A stretch of 64,000 nt of DNA from Bacteroidia bacterium. GTDB taxonomy: Bacteria > Bacteroidota > Bacteroidia > UBA8524. Numbering within the stretch: the stretch's first letter is position 1; each line of letters starts with the position of its first letter. The stretch lies in assembly GCA_965249955.1 (NCBI GenBank), contig OZ252261.1, forward strand, positions 1,823,971 through 1,887,970, given 5' to 3'. The notes beneath the pieces are model-generated. The model worked only from the letters and a program-made list of their open reading frames with translations. It made no database searches and was not told the DNA's origin. The position numbers and the translations under genes are program-made. Shown one piece after another: positions 36,542-46,365 of this stretch.

Positions 36542-39121
36542 ATGGAAGAAAATATTGTACAGTATATAGGTGAACACTTAGCCATTGGCAATTGGGGTAA
36601 GTTTGCCGTATACCTTTCTTTTGGCGCAGCACTATTTTCTGCCTTTAGTTATATACTCTCTTTTAAAGGAGGGGTTGAAAACAAAACTTTTTGGCGCAAT
36701 ATGGGTCGTGCGGGTTTCTATACCCACTCGGCAGCAGTTGTTTCTATTTTCGTTATTCTTTTTGTCATCATTCAACGCCACTATTTCGAGTATCAATATG
36801 CGTGGCAGCACTCATCCACTGCCTTGCCCCTAAAATACATGGTATCGTGTTTTTGGGAAGGGCAAGAAGGTAGCTTTTTGCTTTGGATGGTTTGGCACGT
36901 GGTAATTGGTAATATTTTAATGTTTACTGCCCGTAGCTGGGAAAGTCCCGTTATGGCAATTATTTCCATTGCTCAAATAATGCTAAGTACTATGCTGCTT
37001 GGTATTGAGTTTTTGGGAAGCAAAATAGGCAGTAGCCCTTTTAATTTGCTTCGCGATGTAACGCAAGGCCCCATATTTGTTCGCCCTGATTATCTTACTT
37101 TTATAAAAGACGGTAACGGACTAAACCCTTTACTGCAAAACTACTGGATGGTGATACACCCGCCTACCCTGTTTTTTGGTTTTGCAGCCAGTATTGTGCC
37201 TTTTGCCTATGCTGTTTCTGCTTTGTGGACACGCCGCTATACCGAATGGGTAAAACCTGCTTTGCCTTGGGCATTAGTAGGTGTAATGGTATTGGGTACA
37301 GGTATAATAATGGGCGGTTTTTGGGCGTACGAGTCGCTAACCTTTGGTGGTTATTGGGCATGGGATCCCGTAGAAAACGCATCGCTTATCCCTTGGCTTA
37401 TACTGATATCAACAGTGCACCTTATGTTGATTTATAAATCGACAGGTAATGCGCTATATACTACCTATTTGTTGGCAATTTTTTCCTTTTTATTGGTGTT
37501 GTATGCAACTTTCCTTACCCGAAGTGGCATATTAGGTAATACCTCTGTACACTCGTTCACCGATTTAGGAATGTCGGGTCAACTGCTTGTATTCCTGTTT
37601 ATATTTCTTTGGTTGCCCACTTATGTTACGCTGCAAAATACCAAACTACGTTTCGGCTATTTGGGCATTACCATAATAGTGTTTGCACTTAGCATGTATT
37701 ATGGGCAACAAAAAGCCATTTTTGTTCCTTATGTGCTTATTACTTTGTTTTTCTTCTTTAGAAATATATATGTTGTAAACCCGATAAAAGGCAAAGAAGA
37801 AGATTTTAGCTCACGCGAATTTTGGATGTTTATAGGTGCGTTGGTGTTTGTTATTTCGGGTATGCACGTAATTGTAAGTACATCGTTGCCCGTATTTAAT
37901 AAATTATTTGGCAGTAATAAAGCCCTACCCGAAGATGTAATTGGTTATTACAACCAATGGCAACTTCCTGTGGCTATGATATTGGCTGTATTAACTGCTA
38001 TTACCCAGTTTTTTAAGTACAAAAAAACACAGAAAAAACATTATTTTAATAATATTATTATTAGTCTTTCTATATCGTTAGCACTAACAACAGTATTATT
38101 ATTTGTTTTTAAAATTAAAGCCGATAATAATACCACACTATTATTATATCTATTATTCTTGTTGTGCGGGGTATATGCTGTAGTAGGCAATATTTATTAT
38201 ATATATAAAGTAGTAAAAGGCAAGTGGGAGTTTAGTGGAGCAAGTGTGGCACACATTGGGTTTGGCTTATTATTAGTAGGTGTTTTAGTATCATCGGCTA
38301 ATAAAAGAGCAATATCAATAAACTATACCCGTACCGATTTGGGCGAAAACTTTGACGAGCAAAGCCAAAAAGAACACGTTTTATTATTTAAAAATGTGCG
38401 CACACCAATGGAGGGTTATATTGTTACCTATTTGGGTGATTCTTTGGCTGCGCCTGATAATTTTTTCAAAATTCAATTTGAAAAACTAGGCAAAGACAGT
38501 TTGCCGACGGGCGAAAAGTTTTTCCTATTCCCCAACTCGCAAACCAACCCCAAAATGGGGCTGATATCTAACCCTGATACTAGGCACTACCTAACGCACG
38601 ATGTGTTTACCTACGTATCGTCGATACCTGATAAAGAGGGCAACAAAAACCGCCCCTACGAGCATTTCCATACCGATAGTATAGCCATGCACGATACGTT
38701 GTTTACCAACAATGCCAAAGTAATACTTGATGGTATTAGCGTGCCCGAACAAGCCGCAGGAAATGATTTATTGGTAGCTGCTAATATGCGTGTAATTACC
38801 TTGTACGACACTATTCCTGTTAATCCACAATTTATTCTGGCTAACGATATACGTATGTCTCCTGATGAGGAAGTAGCCGGTGCCGATATTAAAATAAAAT
38901 TTGGCAATATTATCCCTCCCGACACGGTAAACAATATACCTGCTGCCTTTGAGTTTACTGTTGCCGAACGCCCCATAATACGCGATTATGTGGTAATGAT
39001 GGCAAAAGTATTTCCTTACATTAATTTTGTTTGGGGCGGCACAATAATTATGGTTATAGGCTTTTTAATGTCTATTATCCGCAGGGTAAAAGAAGGGCGC
39101 AGAGAACGCTATAAGCAATAA
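36542..39121 (+). CDS. ccmF: Cytochrome c-type biogenesis protein CcmF (haem lyase component) with a C-terminal extension.
   Basis: 859 aa polytopic. WWD-like W-rich segment (FGGYWAWDPVENASL). Conserved His in TM loops. Typical CcmF is ~650 aa. Confidence 0.8.
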   Translation: MEENIVQYIGEHLAIGNWGKFAVYLSFGAALFSAFSYILSFKGGVENKTFWRNMGRAGFYTHSAAVVSIFVILFVIIQRHYFEYQYAWQHSSTALPLKYMVSCFWEGQEGSFLLWMVWHVVIGNILMFTARSWESPVMAIISIAQIMLSTMLLGIEFLGSKIGSSPFNLLRDVTQGPIFVRPDYLTFIKDGNGLNPLLQNYWMVIHPPTLFFGFAASIVPFAYAVSALWTRRYTEWVKPALPWALVGVMVLGTGIIMGGFWAYESLTFGGYWAWDPVENASLIPWLILISTVHLMLIYKSTGNALYTTYLLAIFSFLLVLYATFLTRSGILGNTSVHSFTDLGMSGQLLVFLFIFLWLPTYVTLQNTKLRFGYLGITIIVFALSMYYGQQKAIFVPYVLITLFFFFRNIYVVNPIKGKEEDFSSREFWMFIGALVFVISGMHVIVSTSLPVFNKLFGSNKALPEDVIGYYNQWQLPVAMILAVLTAITQFFKYKKTQKKHYFNNIIISLSISLALTTVLLFVFKIKADNNTTLLLYLLFLLCGVYAVVGNIYYIYKVVKGKWEFSGASVAHIGFGLLLVGVLVSSANKRAISINYTRTDLGENFDEQSQKEHVLLFKNVRTPMEGYIVTYLGDSLAAPDNFFKIQFEKLGKDSLPTGEKFFLFPNSQTNPKMGLISNPDTRHYLTHDVFTYVSSIPDKEGNKNRPYEHFHTDSIAMHDTLFTNNAKVILDGISVPEQAAGNDLLVAANMRVITLYDTIPVNPQFILANDIRMSPDEEVAGADIKIKFGNIIPPDTVNNIPAAFEFTVAERPIIRDYVVMMAKVFPYINFVWGGTIIMVIGFLMSIIRRVKEGRRERYKQ

Positions 39122-39146
39122 CTCTATTTTCGTCGAAATAAAAATA

Positions 39147-39172
39147 ACCACATATTAAATTTAATATGTGGT
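39147..39172 (+). terminator. Hairpin after ccmF (11-bp AT-rich stem, no clear T-run). Weak terminator or attenuator candidate.
   Basis: ACCACATATTA-aatt-TAATATGTGGT. Confidence 0.3.
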
Positions 39173-39184
39173 AGCTATATTGCA

Positions 39185-39916
39185 TTGATGAAACCCCGGT
39201 ATAAGGCATTATTTGCTGCTATTATTGTCATACTAAGTCTTCTTCGCTTTGGCCATAGAGTGTTAACATACATTTCAAAAGAGGCTAACAATACTACTAC
39301 TTCTTACTACACTAACTATTTAATGGAGTTTTCTCCCCCTATCAATCAATTTATAGGCAAGCATTACGAGGAGGATGCTAAATTTTGGATTGAAACTCCA
39401 AACGCAATTCAATCGTTAAAAACCCCTGATGATCCCATATCAAATTTGCAACAAATGCAAACAGTAAAGGTTAACCTTAAAAAAAGAAAACTGTACGGTA
39501 TACTTTGTCTTTCAAGCAACAAATATCAAGAAGGTAGTTATAGTTTGGTGTATTTTTTCATGGATAAAGGCCAATACGACTTGTTAAAAACGGCGATTAA
39601 TTATGGCAAACAAAACTTTAGCATAAAATCATATTTATACGGAAATTTTAGCATTAGTGAGACTGAAAATCAAAAAGGGAAATCAAAAGTAAAACAACTA
39701 TTAACGCCTGCTTTAGCTGAATATGAACAAAGCAGCCGCGAGCGAAACTATAGCAATCCCCCTAAAATGGAATTCCTGCTTTCTTCAATACAAAAGGGAG
39801 AAAAAAAATTTGTTCAGTTTTTATTACCCGATTATGCTGAAATTAAATTAAACTATTTTCAGAAAAACTATTTTGAAATACCCGTCGAAGAGTTTAAAGA
39901 ACTGTTGATTGAGTAA
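39185..39916 (+). CDS. Hypothetical N-terminally anchored protein, paralog A (243 aa).
   Basis: N-terminal TM. The C-terminal 40 aa are highly similar to the next gene (FLLPDYAEIKLNYFQKNYFEIPVEEFKELLIE versus FLLPSSTEIQLNYFQKNYFEVPLEEFKEMLIN). Confidence 0.45.
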   Translation: MMKPRYKALFAAIIVILSLLRFGHRVLTYISKEANNTTTSYYTNYLMEFSPPINQFIGKHYEEDAKFWIETPNAIQSLKTPDDPISNLQQMQTVKVNLKKRKLYGILCLSSNKYQEGSYSLVYFFMDKGQYDLLKTAINYGKQNFSIKSYLYGNFSISETENQKGKSKVKQLLTPALAEYEQSSRERNYSNPPKMEFLLSSIQKGEKKFVQFLLPDYAEIKLNYFQKNYFEIPVEEFKELLIE

Positions 39917-40047
39917 TACCTTTCTGTTTTCTTTCCTCCAAACAGCGCATAGTCCCACTGTCATATAACATTACATTTACTATACTTTTAGTCGAAACTC
40001 TTTTCTTCTTCTTGATTATCTGATTACAAGGCAATTATATTGCGTAC

Positions 40048-40773
40048 ATGAAAGACGTTCTAAAAATTGTTTTATTCGTTATAGTATTAGTTAGGTTATT
40101 GTTTCTAATCCCTAAACTATTTAACGCCGCTAATACTAAAGAAACTACAATAGAGCTTTCTCCACTTGTATCATCGTTTACAGGAAAACATTTTGATGAT
40201 AGTACTAAACAATGGTATACTAACCGTAATGTTATTTTAACCTCTAATCGGCCAGATGCAGGAGGAAGGCTATTGATTAGTATGCAAATTGCTAAGCTTG
40301 AGCAAGGCAACACACAAAAATATGCGCTGTTGTATCTTACAAAATACAATAAAAAAGACACAGCAAACCCCTACAACAAAGTATTATTAATGCCAAAATT
40401 AGATTTTTTTGTAATGGATGGCAATCAATACAGCAAGCTAAAACTAACGATTGCTAACAGCAAAAAAAACCTAAGCATCACCAGCAAACAGCATGGCGCT
40501 TCCATTCTTCCTAAAGTTAATGAGGACGGTTATAACCAAGTTGTAGAGAATATGGCCCGTTCATTATTCGTTAAAAAAGAAAACAACCCATACGATAATT
40601 ACGGTAAAGGGCTACCTAATACGTCAGAGTTTATTGTTACTACTGAAACACAAGGCAATAATAAAGTAGTGAGGTTTTTATTGCCTTCGTCAACAGAAAT
40701 TCAACTCAATTATTTTCAGAAAAACTACTTTGAAGTTCCTCTTGAAGAATTTAAAGAAATGTTAATTAATTAG
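40048..40773 (+). CDS. Hypothetical N-terminally anchored protein, paralog B (241 aa).
   Basis: See paralog A. A tandem duplicate with a diverged central region. Confidence 0.45.
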   Translation: MKDVLKIVLFVIVLVRLLFLIPKLFNAANTKETTIELSPLVSSFTGKHFDDSTKQWYTNRNVILTSNRPDAGGRLLISMQIAKLEQGNTQKYALLYLTKYNKKDTANPYNKVLLMPKLDFFVMDGNQYSKLKLTIANSKKNLSITSKQHGASILPKVNEDGYNQVVENMARSLFVKKENNPYDNYGKGLPNTSEFIVTTETQGNNKVVRFLLPSSTEIQLNYFQKNYFEVPLEEFKEMLIN

Positions 40774-40825
40774 TGTAGTAAAATATTACATATAATTCTC
40801 ATATTGCCGCATTATTTACAACCCT

Positions 40826-41416
40826 ATGAATCCAGTATTAAACCGTAACATCTTCTTTGTAAAAGAACACGTAGGCATGTTTAAAGCCTCAAACAACTAC
40901 GATATTTTTGACCCTGCCACCAATGAAATGATAATGATGTGCAGGGAAGAAAACCTTGGTTTTTTTACAAAAATTTTTCGCTTCACCGATTACAAAACCA
41001 TGACTCCGTTTAATGTGGTAGTAAAAACCCCTGATGGGCAAACGGTAGTACGTGTGAAACGAGGTGTAAACTTTTGGCTTTCAAAAGTTGAAGTGTTGGA
41101 CGAAAACGATAAAGTAATTGGTCTTTTCAAACAAAAGCTGTTTTCTATTGGCGGCAAGTTTGAGGTGCTAGACCCCAACGGTAATCCACTTTGTATGCTT
41201 AAGGGCAAATGGACGGGTTGGGATTTTAGGTTTATAAAAGACAATCTCGAGTTTGCACACGTAACAAAAAAGTGGTCGGGTTTGGGCAAAGAACTATTTA
41301 CCAGTGCCGATAATTATATACTTAGTATTAACGATGGTGTACCACAAGACAGTTCATTGCGTCAATTAATTTTAGCTGCCGTAATGTGTATTGACATGGT
41401 GCTAAAAGAAAGGTAA
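40826..41416 (+). CDS. Phospholipid scramblase / LURP-one-related (tubby-like fold) family protein.
   Basis: The C-terminus VTKKWSGLGKELFTSADNYILSI....LRQLILAAVMCIDMVLKE matches the scramblase-family tail (sKqWsGl.rEaFTDaDnF......K..ll.aAfLID....E). Upstream FEVLDPNGNPLCMLKGKW fits the family pattern. Confidence 0.55.
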   Translation: MNPVLNRNIFFVKEHVGMFKASNNYDIFDPATNEMIMMCREENLGFFTKIFRFTDYKTMTPFNVVVKTPDGQTVVRVKRGVNFWLSKVEVLDENDKVIGLFKQKLFSIGGKFEVLDPNGNPLCMLKGKWTGWDFRFIKDNLEFAHVTKKWSGLGKELFTSADNYILSINDGVPQDSSLRQLILAAVMCIDMVLKER

Positions 41417-41425
41417 TTTTGAAGA

Positions 41426-42193
41426 TTGCCGTATAAAATATCAATACTAGGAACAGGAAACGTGGCGTGGCATCTTGCCCATGCCCTTGATGCAGCACGC
41501 CATACTATAGTGCAGGTTTGGGGGCGAGATATGCAAAAGGCTAAGCAATTGGCACAGCCCTTTAATGCACAGCCCATAAGCATCCTTGAGCAACTTGAGG
41601 ACGATATTGATGTATTGTTGCTTTGCATTAGCGATGATGCTATTGTCAAAACTGCCGAATACTTGTCAAACAAACCCTACCTAATAGCCCATACAGCAGG
41701 GGCAATGGATATGGAGTTGTTAAAAAACACCTCGCAGTTTTATGGGGTGTTTTACCCTTTACAAACCCTTAGTGTAGGCAAGAAGGTAAACTTTTTTGAT
41801 GTTCCGCTTTGTATAGAAGGTAATAACAAAGCAGCTGAAAGTCAGCTAATGGCATTGGGCAATACCATTAGCAATAGCGTACAAATTATCTCATCAGAAA
41901 AACGCAAATACCTTCACCTGGCAGCAGTGTTTGCCAATAATTTTACTAATGCGTTGTATGCAGAGGCGGCAAGTATTTTAGAGCAGCACGATTTAAGTTT
42001 TAATCTTTTACGGCCTTTGATACAAGAAACGGCACAGAAGGTGCAATTAATGTTGCCACAACAAGCACAAACAGGGCCCGCCAAACGCCATGATGATAAT
42101 ACCCTGCAAAAACACCTTGAGCTACTACCCAAAGGGAGCGACAAGGAAAAAATTTATCGCTTGTTGACTGAAATTATAAAAAGCAAATTTTAG
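41426..42193 (+). CDS. Rossmann-fold NAD(P)-binding protein with a DUF2520-like C-terminal domain (ProC/F420-dependent-oxidoreductase-like).
   Basis: ISILGTGNVAWHLAHAL dinucleotide-binding motif. ~255 aa. The C-terminal helical domain is typical of the DUF2520 architecture. Confidence 0.55.
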   Translation: MPYKISILGTGNVAWHLAHALDAARHTIVQVWGRDMQKAKQLAQPFNAQPISILEQLEDDIDVLLLCISDDAIVKTAEYLSNKPYLIAHTAGAMDMELLKNTSQFYGVFYPLQTLSVGKKVNFFDVPLCIEGNNKAAESQLMALGNTISNSVQIISSEKRKYLHLAAVFANNFTNALYAEAASILEQHDLSFNLLRPLIQETAQKVQLMLPQQAQTGPAKRHDDNTLQKHLELLPKGSDKEKIYRLLTEIIKSKF

Positions 42194-42194
42194 A

Positions 42195-42410
42195 ATGAAA
42201 CCCCCTAAAAAATGGAAAATGGCCATCGTGATTTGGATAGCCATTTACCCTACCATTACTATTTTGTTTGCCGTTTTTGGACAACATTTTTTATTAATAA
42301 ACCCTTTGCCACTGCGCACATTGGTTATTACCCTAATGGTAGTGCCGCTTATGGTGTTTGTTATTTTGCCTAATGTGCAAAAAGCAATGGGTAAATGGCT
42401 GCAAAAATAA
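42195..42410 (+). CDS. Small 2-TM membrane protein (71 aa), translationally coupled to the upstream gene.
   Basis: KKWKMAIVIWIAIYPTITILFAVF and TLVITLMVVPLMVFVILP hydrophobic segments. Start 2 nt after the upstream stop. Confidence 0.35.
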   Translation: MKPPKKWKMAIVIWIAIYPTITILFAVFGQHFLLINPLPLRTLVITLMVVPLMVFVILPNVQKAMGKWLQK

Positions 42411-42501
42411 GCCTGCTTTAAACAGCCACCTGCTTGTGATTTTTTTTGAAGTAGTAGGTTTTTAAACCTTCTTTAAAAGTAAAATGTATTTTTGTCTACT
42501 T

Positions 42502-44385
42502 ATGAAAAAGATACTTTTTGCTGCACTTCTTCTTTTTACTGCAAGTAGCTTATTAAAAGCACAAGGTACTGTGCCCCATGTATACAGTAATATATATGCC
42601 GATGGCAAAGGTCGTTTGAATATAAAAGACAGCACTGGCAATTATTACTTACAAACCAACACACCCCGTTATACTTTAGAGCAACTAAAAGGCAACCCAA
42701 AAGCCGATGATAAAGGCATCTCTTTTTATTTTGGCGAGGATTTTAAAGGATTATTATACTATGGTTTTATCCCTTATGGCGATAGCAAACACCCTATGCC
42801 CGTATATTTTAAAAACGCCATAAAAATTGAAGGCGGACGCGCGCTTATAAATATTAAAGAAAAACTAAGTGGCAAATACGACATGATAGGTTGGGAGCAA
42901 AGCGGCAAAGGCACAATAGGCTACCGTGTTTTAAATACCGAAGGCGAAATATTATACGATGGCAAAGTAAGCTTTAGCGGCAAAGGCCCTTTTAAAGTAG
43001 CTACTACTATTACCGAAGGCCCTTTTGTAAATATACTAACCGACAATGGGGTTACTATTTCGTTTGAAACCAATGAAGCTATTATAGCCAATGTAGTTGC
43101 CGATGGTAAAACCTTTGCCGATAAAAAAGCAACCCAACACCACGAGATTGTATTGAAAGGTCTTAAACCTGCCACAACATACAGCTATACCGTAAACTTT
43201 GGTAGCGATAAACAAACCTATACATTTACCACAGCACCTAAAAAAGGTACGCGCGGTTATTTTGTGTTTTCATACGGCAGCGATTCTCGTAACGGAAACG
43301 GAGGCGGAGAACGTAGCGTGTACGGAGCCAACTTTTACATTATGAAGAAAATAATGGCGTTGAATAAACATAAAAACGTTGCTTTTTCTCAATTCTCAGG
43401 TGATTTGATTGACGGTTATTTGCAAGACAAAGGAGAAATGAATTTGCAATATGCCAACTGGAAACGAGCCGTTGAGCCTTTTGCGCATTATTTTCCTGTA
43501 TACATTAGCATGGGCAACCACGAGGCACTTTCAAGCGTATTTAAACAAGAAGGCGCTAAAGGCGAAAGTATTGAAGTAGATAAATTTCCGTTTGAGACAG
43601 AAAGTGCTGAGGCAGTATTTGCCAACAACTTTGTAAACCCAAGCAACGGCCCTGCCAGTGAAGACGGAGCGACTTACGACCCTGATTTTAAGACCAAAGA
43701 TTTTCCCCCTTACGACGAAAACGTTTTTTACTATACCTACGATAATGTAGGTATGATAGTGCTAAACAGTAACTACTGGTACAGCCCTAGTGGCAATAAA
43801 GTGGGTATAAGCAGCGGCAACCGCCATGCCTATATTATGGATAAACAACTGGAATGGTTAGAAAATACCTTGAAAGTACTAGAGCAAGACAGTAGTATAG
43901 ACCATGTTTTTCTTACCCTACACACTCCGTTTTTTCCTAATGGCGGGCACGTGAGCGATGATATGTGGTATGGTGGAGACAACTCGCCCCGCCCGGTAAT
44001 AAAAGGAGTACCGGTACAAAAAGGTATTATCGAGCGTCGCGACCAATTGCTAGACCTTTTGGTGAATAAAAGCACTAAGACTGTAGCTATACTTACGGGT
44101 GATGAGCACAACTATTGCAAAACCGAAATAAACAATACAACTCCTCGCTATCCTGATGGTTGGGCATTGCCAAAAATAGGTTTATCGCGCACTATATACC
44201 AAATAAATAACGGTGCTGCTGGTGCGCCCTACTATGCACAAGAAGAAACCCCTTGGAGTGCAAAAACATCAGGTTTTACCACTCAAAATGCAATAGTATA
44301 TTTCCATGTTGAAGGCAAAACGGTTTCAGTAGAAGTAGTAAACCCCGATACTTTAGAAGAAATAGAATCGTTTGATTTGAAATAA
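42502..44385 (+). CDS. Secreted calcineurin-like metallophosphoesterase, purple-acid-phosphatase-like, with an N-terminal beta-sandwich.
   Basis: Signal peptide MKKILFAALLLFTASSLLKAQG. Metallophosphatase motifs GDLIDG, GNHE (SMGNHEA) and GDEHNY. 627 aa. Confidence 0.7.
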   Translation: MKKILFAALLLFTASSLLKAQGTVPHVYSNIYADGKGRLNIKDSTGNYYLQTNTPRYTLEQLKGNPKADDKGISFYFGEDFKGLLYYGFIPYGDSKHPMPVYFKNAIKIEGGRALINIKEKLSGKYDMIGWEQSGKGTIGYRVLNTEGEILYDGKVSFSGKGPFKVATTITEGPFVNILTDNGVTISFETNEAIIANVVADGKTFADKKATQHHEIVLKGLKPATTYSYTVNFGSDKQTYTFTTAPKKGTRGYFVFSYGSDSRNGNGGGERSVYGANFYIMKKIMALNKHKNVAFSQFSGDLIDGYLQDKGEMNLQYANWKRAVEPFAHYFPVYISMGNHEALSSVFKQEGAKGESIEVDKFPFETESAEAVFANNFVNPSNGPASEDGATYDPDFKTKDFPPYDENVFYYTYDNVGMIVLNSNYWYSPSGNKVGISSGNRHAYIMDKQLEWLENTLKVLEQDSSIDHVFLTLHTPFFPNGGHVSDDMWYGGDNSPRPVIKGVPVQKGIIERRDQLLDLLVNKSTKTVAILTGDEHNYCKTEINNTTPRYPDGWALPKIGLSRTIYQINNGAAGAPYYAQEETPWSAKTSGFTTQNAIVYFHVEGKTVSVEVVNPDTLEEIESFDLK

Positions 44386-44403
44386 AGTAAGCTACTTTTT
44401 TTA

Positions 44404-44760
44404 GTGAAAGCACAACAATACGTTACCTACATACTGCGCTTAGGTATTGTAGGCATATTTGCAGGGCACGGTTGGTTGGCATTTCACCTCAATAGCCATT
44501 GGTTTACCTATCTGCACACAGCGGGTGTTCACTCCCCTAATGATGCAATAGTTATGAAAATAATAGGTGTAATGGATATGTGCATAGCCCTTATTACCCT
44601 TGTAAAACCTTTACCGCCTGTATTGCTTTGGGCGGCCTTTTGGGCTTTTCTTACCGCACTAATGCGCCCCATTAGCGGCGAGGCTTGGGTAGGCTTTGTA
44701 GAGCGTGCAGGCAACTGGGCTTGTCCATTAGCTCTTTGGTTTTGGATGAAAAAACGATAA
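44404..44760 (+). CDS. Hypothetical small membrane protein (118 aa, 3-4 TM).
   Basis: ORF with hydrophobic helices. Begins 19 nt after the phosphoesterase gene. Confidence 0.4.
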   Translation: MKAQQYVTYILRLGIVGIFAGHGWLAFHLNSHWFTYLHTAGVHSPNDAIVMKIIGVMDMCIALITLVKPLPPVLLWAAFWAFLTALMRPISGEAWVGFVERAGNWACPLALWFWMKKR

Positions 44761-44915
44761 GTAATAGCATTACAAGCCATTGCAAGTATTTTGCTGTTTC
44801 AGCCAGTCTCCCCGAATTTAGTTCAGGAGAAGAAATTGAAACTTTTTGACTCGAAGAAGTAAGACACCCTATTATGTTGAAGTTTATACAGTAGTGATAA
44901 ATGGAACATTAAGAT

Positions 44916-45449
44916 TTACCACAATATTTTTGTGGTATCAATAACTTTTGCCAAATCAGTAAAATAATACTGCGTTTGTCCTTCTTTGCCTTTTGGAACA
45001 ATTTCAAAGGATAAAAATAGTATTGTTTTACTTCTAGCATTCCCTTCGATAGAGGCCTCAGAAAACTCTCCGCTCGCCCAAAAAGCCGAGGGGTTAAAGC
45101 CAACAGCTCTGTTATTAATATTTGTTCCGTCAACTTCAATCACAGTCGGTTTTGACGTTACCTGATCAAAAGTTTCTGTTGTTAAATATCCTATTCCATT
45201 TGAATCTATTGTAAGAATATCTTCTTTAACACTTGATTTAATAAGACACACTCGACCTATATAACCCTTCGGAACAATAAGTGTCAACTTTGGCGACCAA
45301 TTTACAAACAAACAAATAACAGCAATAAAACAAAGGGGAATAAGAATATATTTCTTTCTAAAAAATGAGTTTTTGTACTTATACCCAATAAAAATAAACC
45401 CTAATAAAATAATACTAAATAATACTTTCATGTTGTTGTTTTCTTCCAA
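44916..45449 (-). CDS. Hypothetical membrane-anchored protein in an AT-rich islet.
   Basis: Two N-terminal TM segments, then a ~110-aa soluble domain. No family recognised. Confidence 0.35.
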   Translation of the reverse strand: MEENNNMKVLFSIILLGFIFIGYKYKNSFFRKKYILIPLCFIAVICLFVNWSPKLTLIVPKGYIGRVCLIKSSVKEDILTIDSNGIGYLTTETFDQVTSKPTVIEVDGTNINNRAVGFNPSAFWASGEFSEASIEGNARSKTILFLSFEIVPKGKEGQTQYYFTDLAKVIDTTKILW

Positions 45450-45562
45450 TGTTATAGCCTAGGGAACGCGTTTGAAACCCTTGTTTCACAAGTGTTCTTT
45501 AGCCATGCGCTTTAAAATACCATTAGTCGTTTAGGGGATAATCTGGTATAAAAGCAATGTCC

Positions 45563-46357
45563 TTACTCATACGGATGTTGTTTTTGGGTATTTTTGATAT
45601 ACTTTTTCAAAACACCTTTTTTGTTATATTCAAAGTATTCCCCTACAAAGTTTCCATCCTGAAACGTTGCCTTAACACTTGTATTTCCATTGTCAAAATA
45701 TGCAATATAATCACCATTCCTTTTGTCATTTTTATAAATATATTTAGCTTTAAGGCAACCTTTGGTATTATAAAAAGCTATTTCCCCATCAAAAAGTCCA
45801 TTCTTATAATTACAGATATATTTAAGTTGCTTTCCGTCATAATGATAGTAATTCCAAGTCCCCTCTTTAAGTCCTTTATCATAATTTCCAACACAATAGT
45901 AATGCTCAAAAATTAATCCTTCATTTAAAGCATCCATAACTTTAGACTCATACCATTTTCCAATCTTTAACCCAGAAGAATCTCTCTTATTCCAATCCCC
46001 ATAGCCTAGTTTAGAAGAATCAACTGAATACATATATTTTGAAATAGTTTTATCATATTTCAAACCACTTATCCTTTTAACTTGTCCTCTACGTTTTTTG
46101 CATCTATAATATGTTTTATATAATAAGAGATTTCCTTTATTGAAATATAAAATTTCTTTGACGTATCCTTTTTTAGAATAGTTAACGTGCTCGCCATAAC
46201 GCAAATTATCAATATAAAACGCCTTGCTTTTAATTTTACCCGTTTTATAATATTCTTCCCAAACTCCTTGGCGATAGCCTAAAGAATCTATTTTATTAAG
46301 CATTTGGGCATTAGCACTAAAGCTTATAGCAAGGAAAAACAGGCTTAATAATTTCAT
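45563..46357 (-). CDS. Secreted MORN-variant repeat protein (YwqK-like repeat family).
   Basis: Signal peptide, then repeated G(x)W(x)EYY..GK....G.Y..G...G units (QGVWEEYYKTGKIKSKAFYIDNLRYGEHVNYSKKG, EGTWNYYHYDGKQLKYICNYKNGLFDGEIAFYNTKG). Confidence 0.55.
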   Translation of the reverse strand: MKLLSLFFLAISFSANAQMLNKIDSLGYRQGVWEEYYKTGKIKSKAFYIDNLRYGEHVNYSKKGYVKEILYFNKGNLLLYKTYYRCKKRRGQVKRISGLKYDKTISKYMYSVDSSKLGYGDWNKRDSSGLKIGKWYESKVMDALNEGLIFEHYYCVGNYDKGLKEGTWNYYHYDGKQLKYICNYKNGLFDGEIAFYNTKGCLKAKYIYKNDKRNGDYIAYFDNGNTSVKATFQDGNFVGEYFEYNKKGVLKKYIKNTQKQHPYE

Positions 46358-46365
46358 TTTAAAGT

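Noticed and set aside
44529-44780. 83-aa minus-strand ORF overlapping the small membrane protein gene 44404-44760.
   Set aside because: It is antisense to a hydrophobic-helix-encoding ORF. Its translation is Ala/Arg/Gln-rich, typical of the reverse frame of membrane-protein genes.
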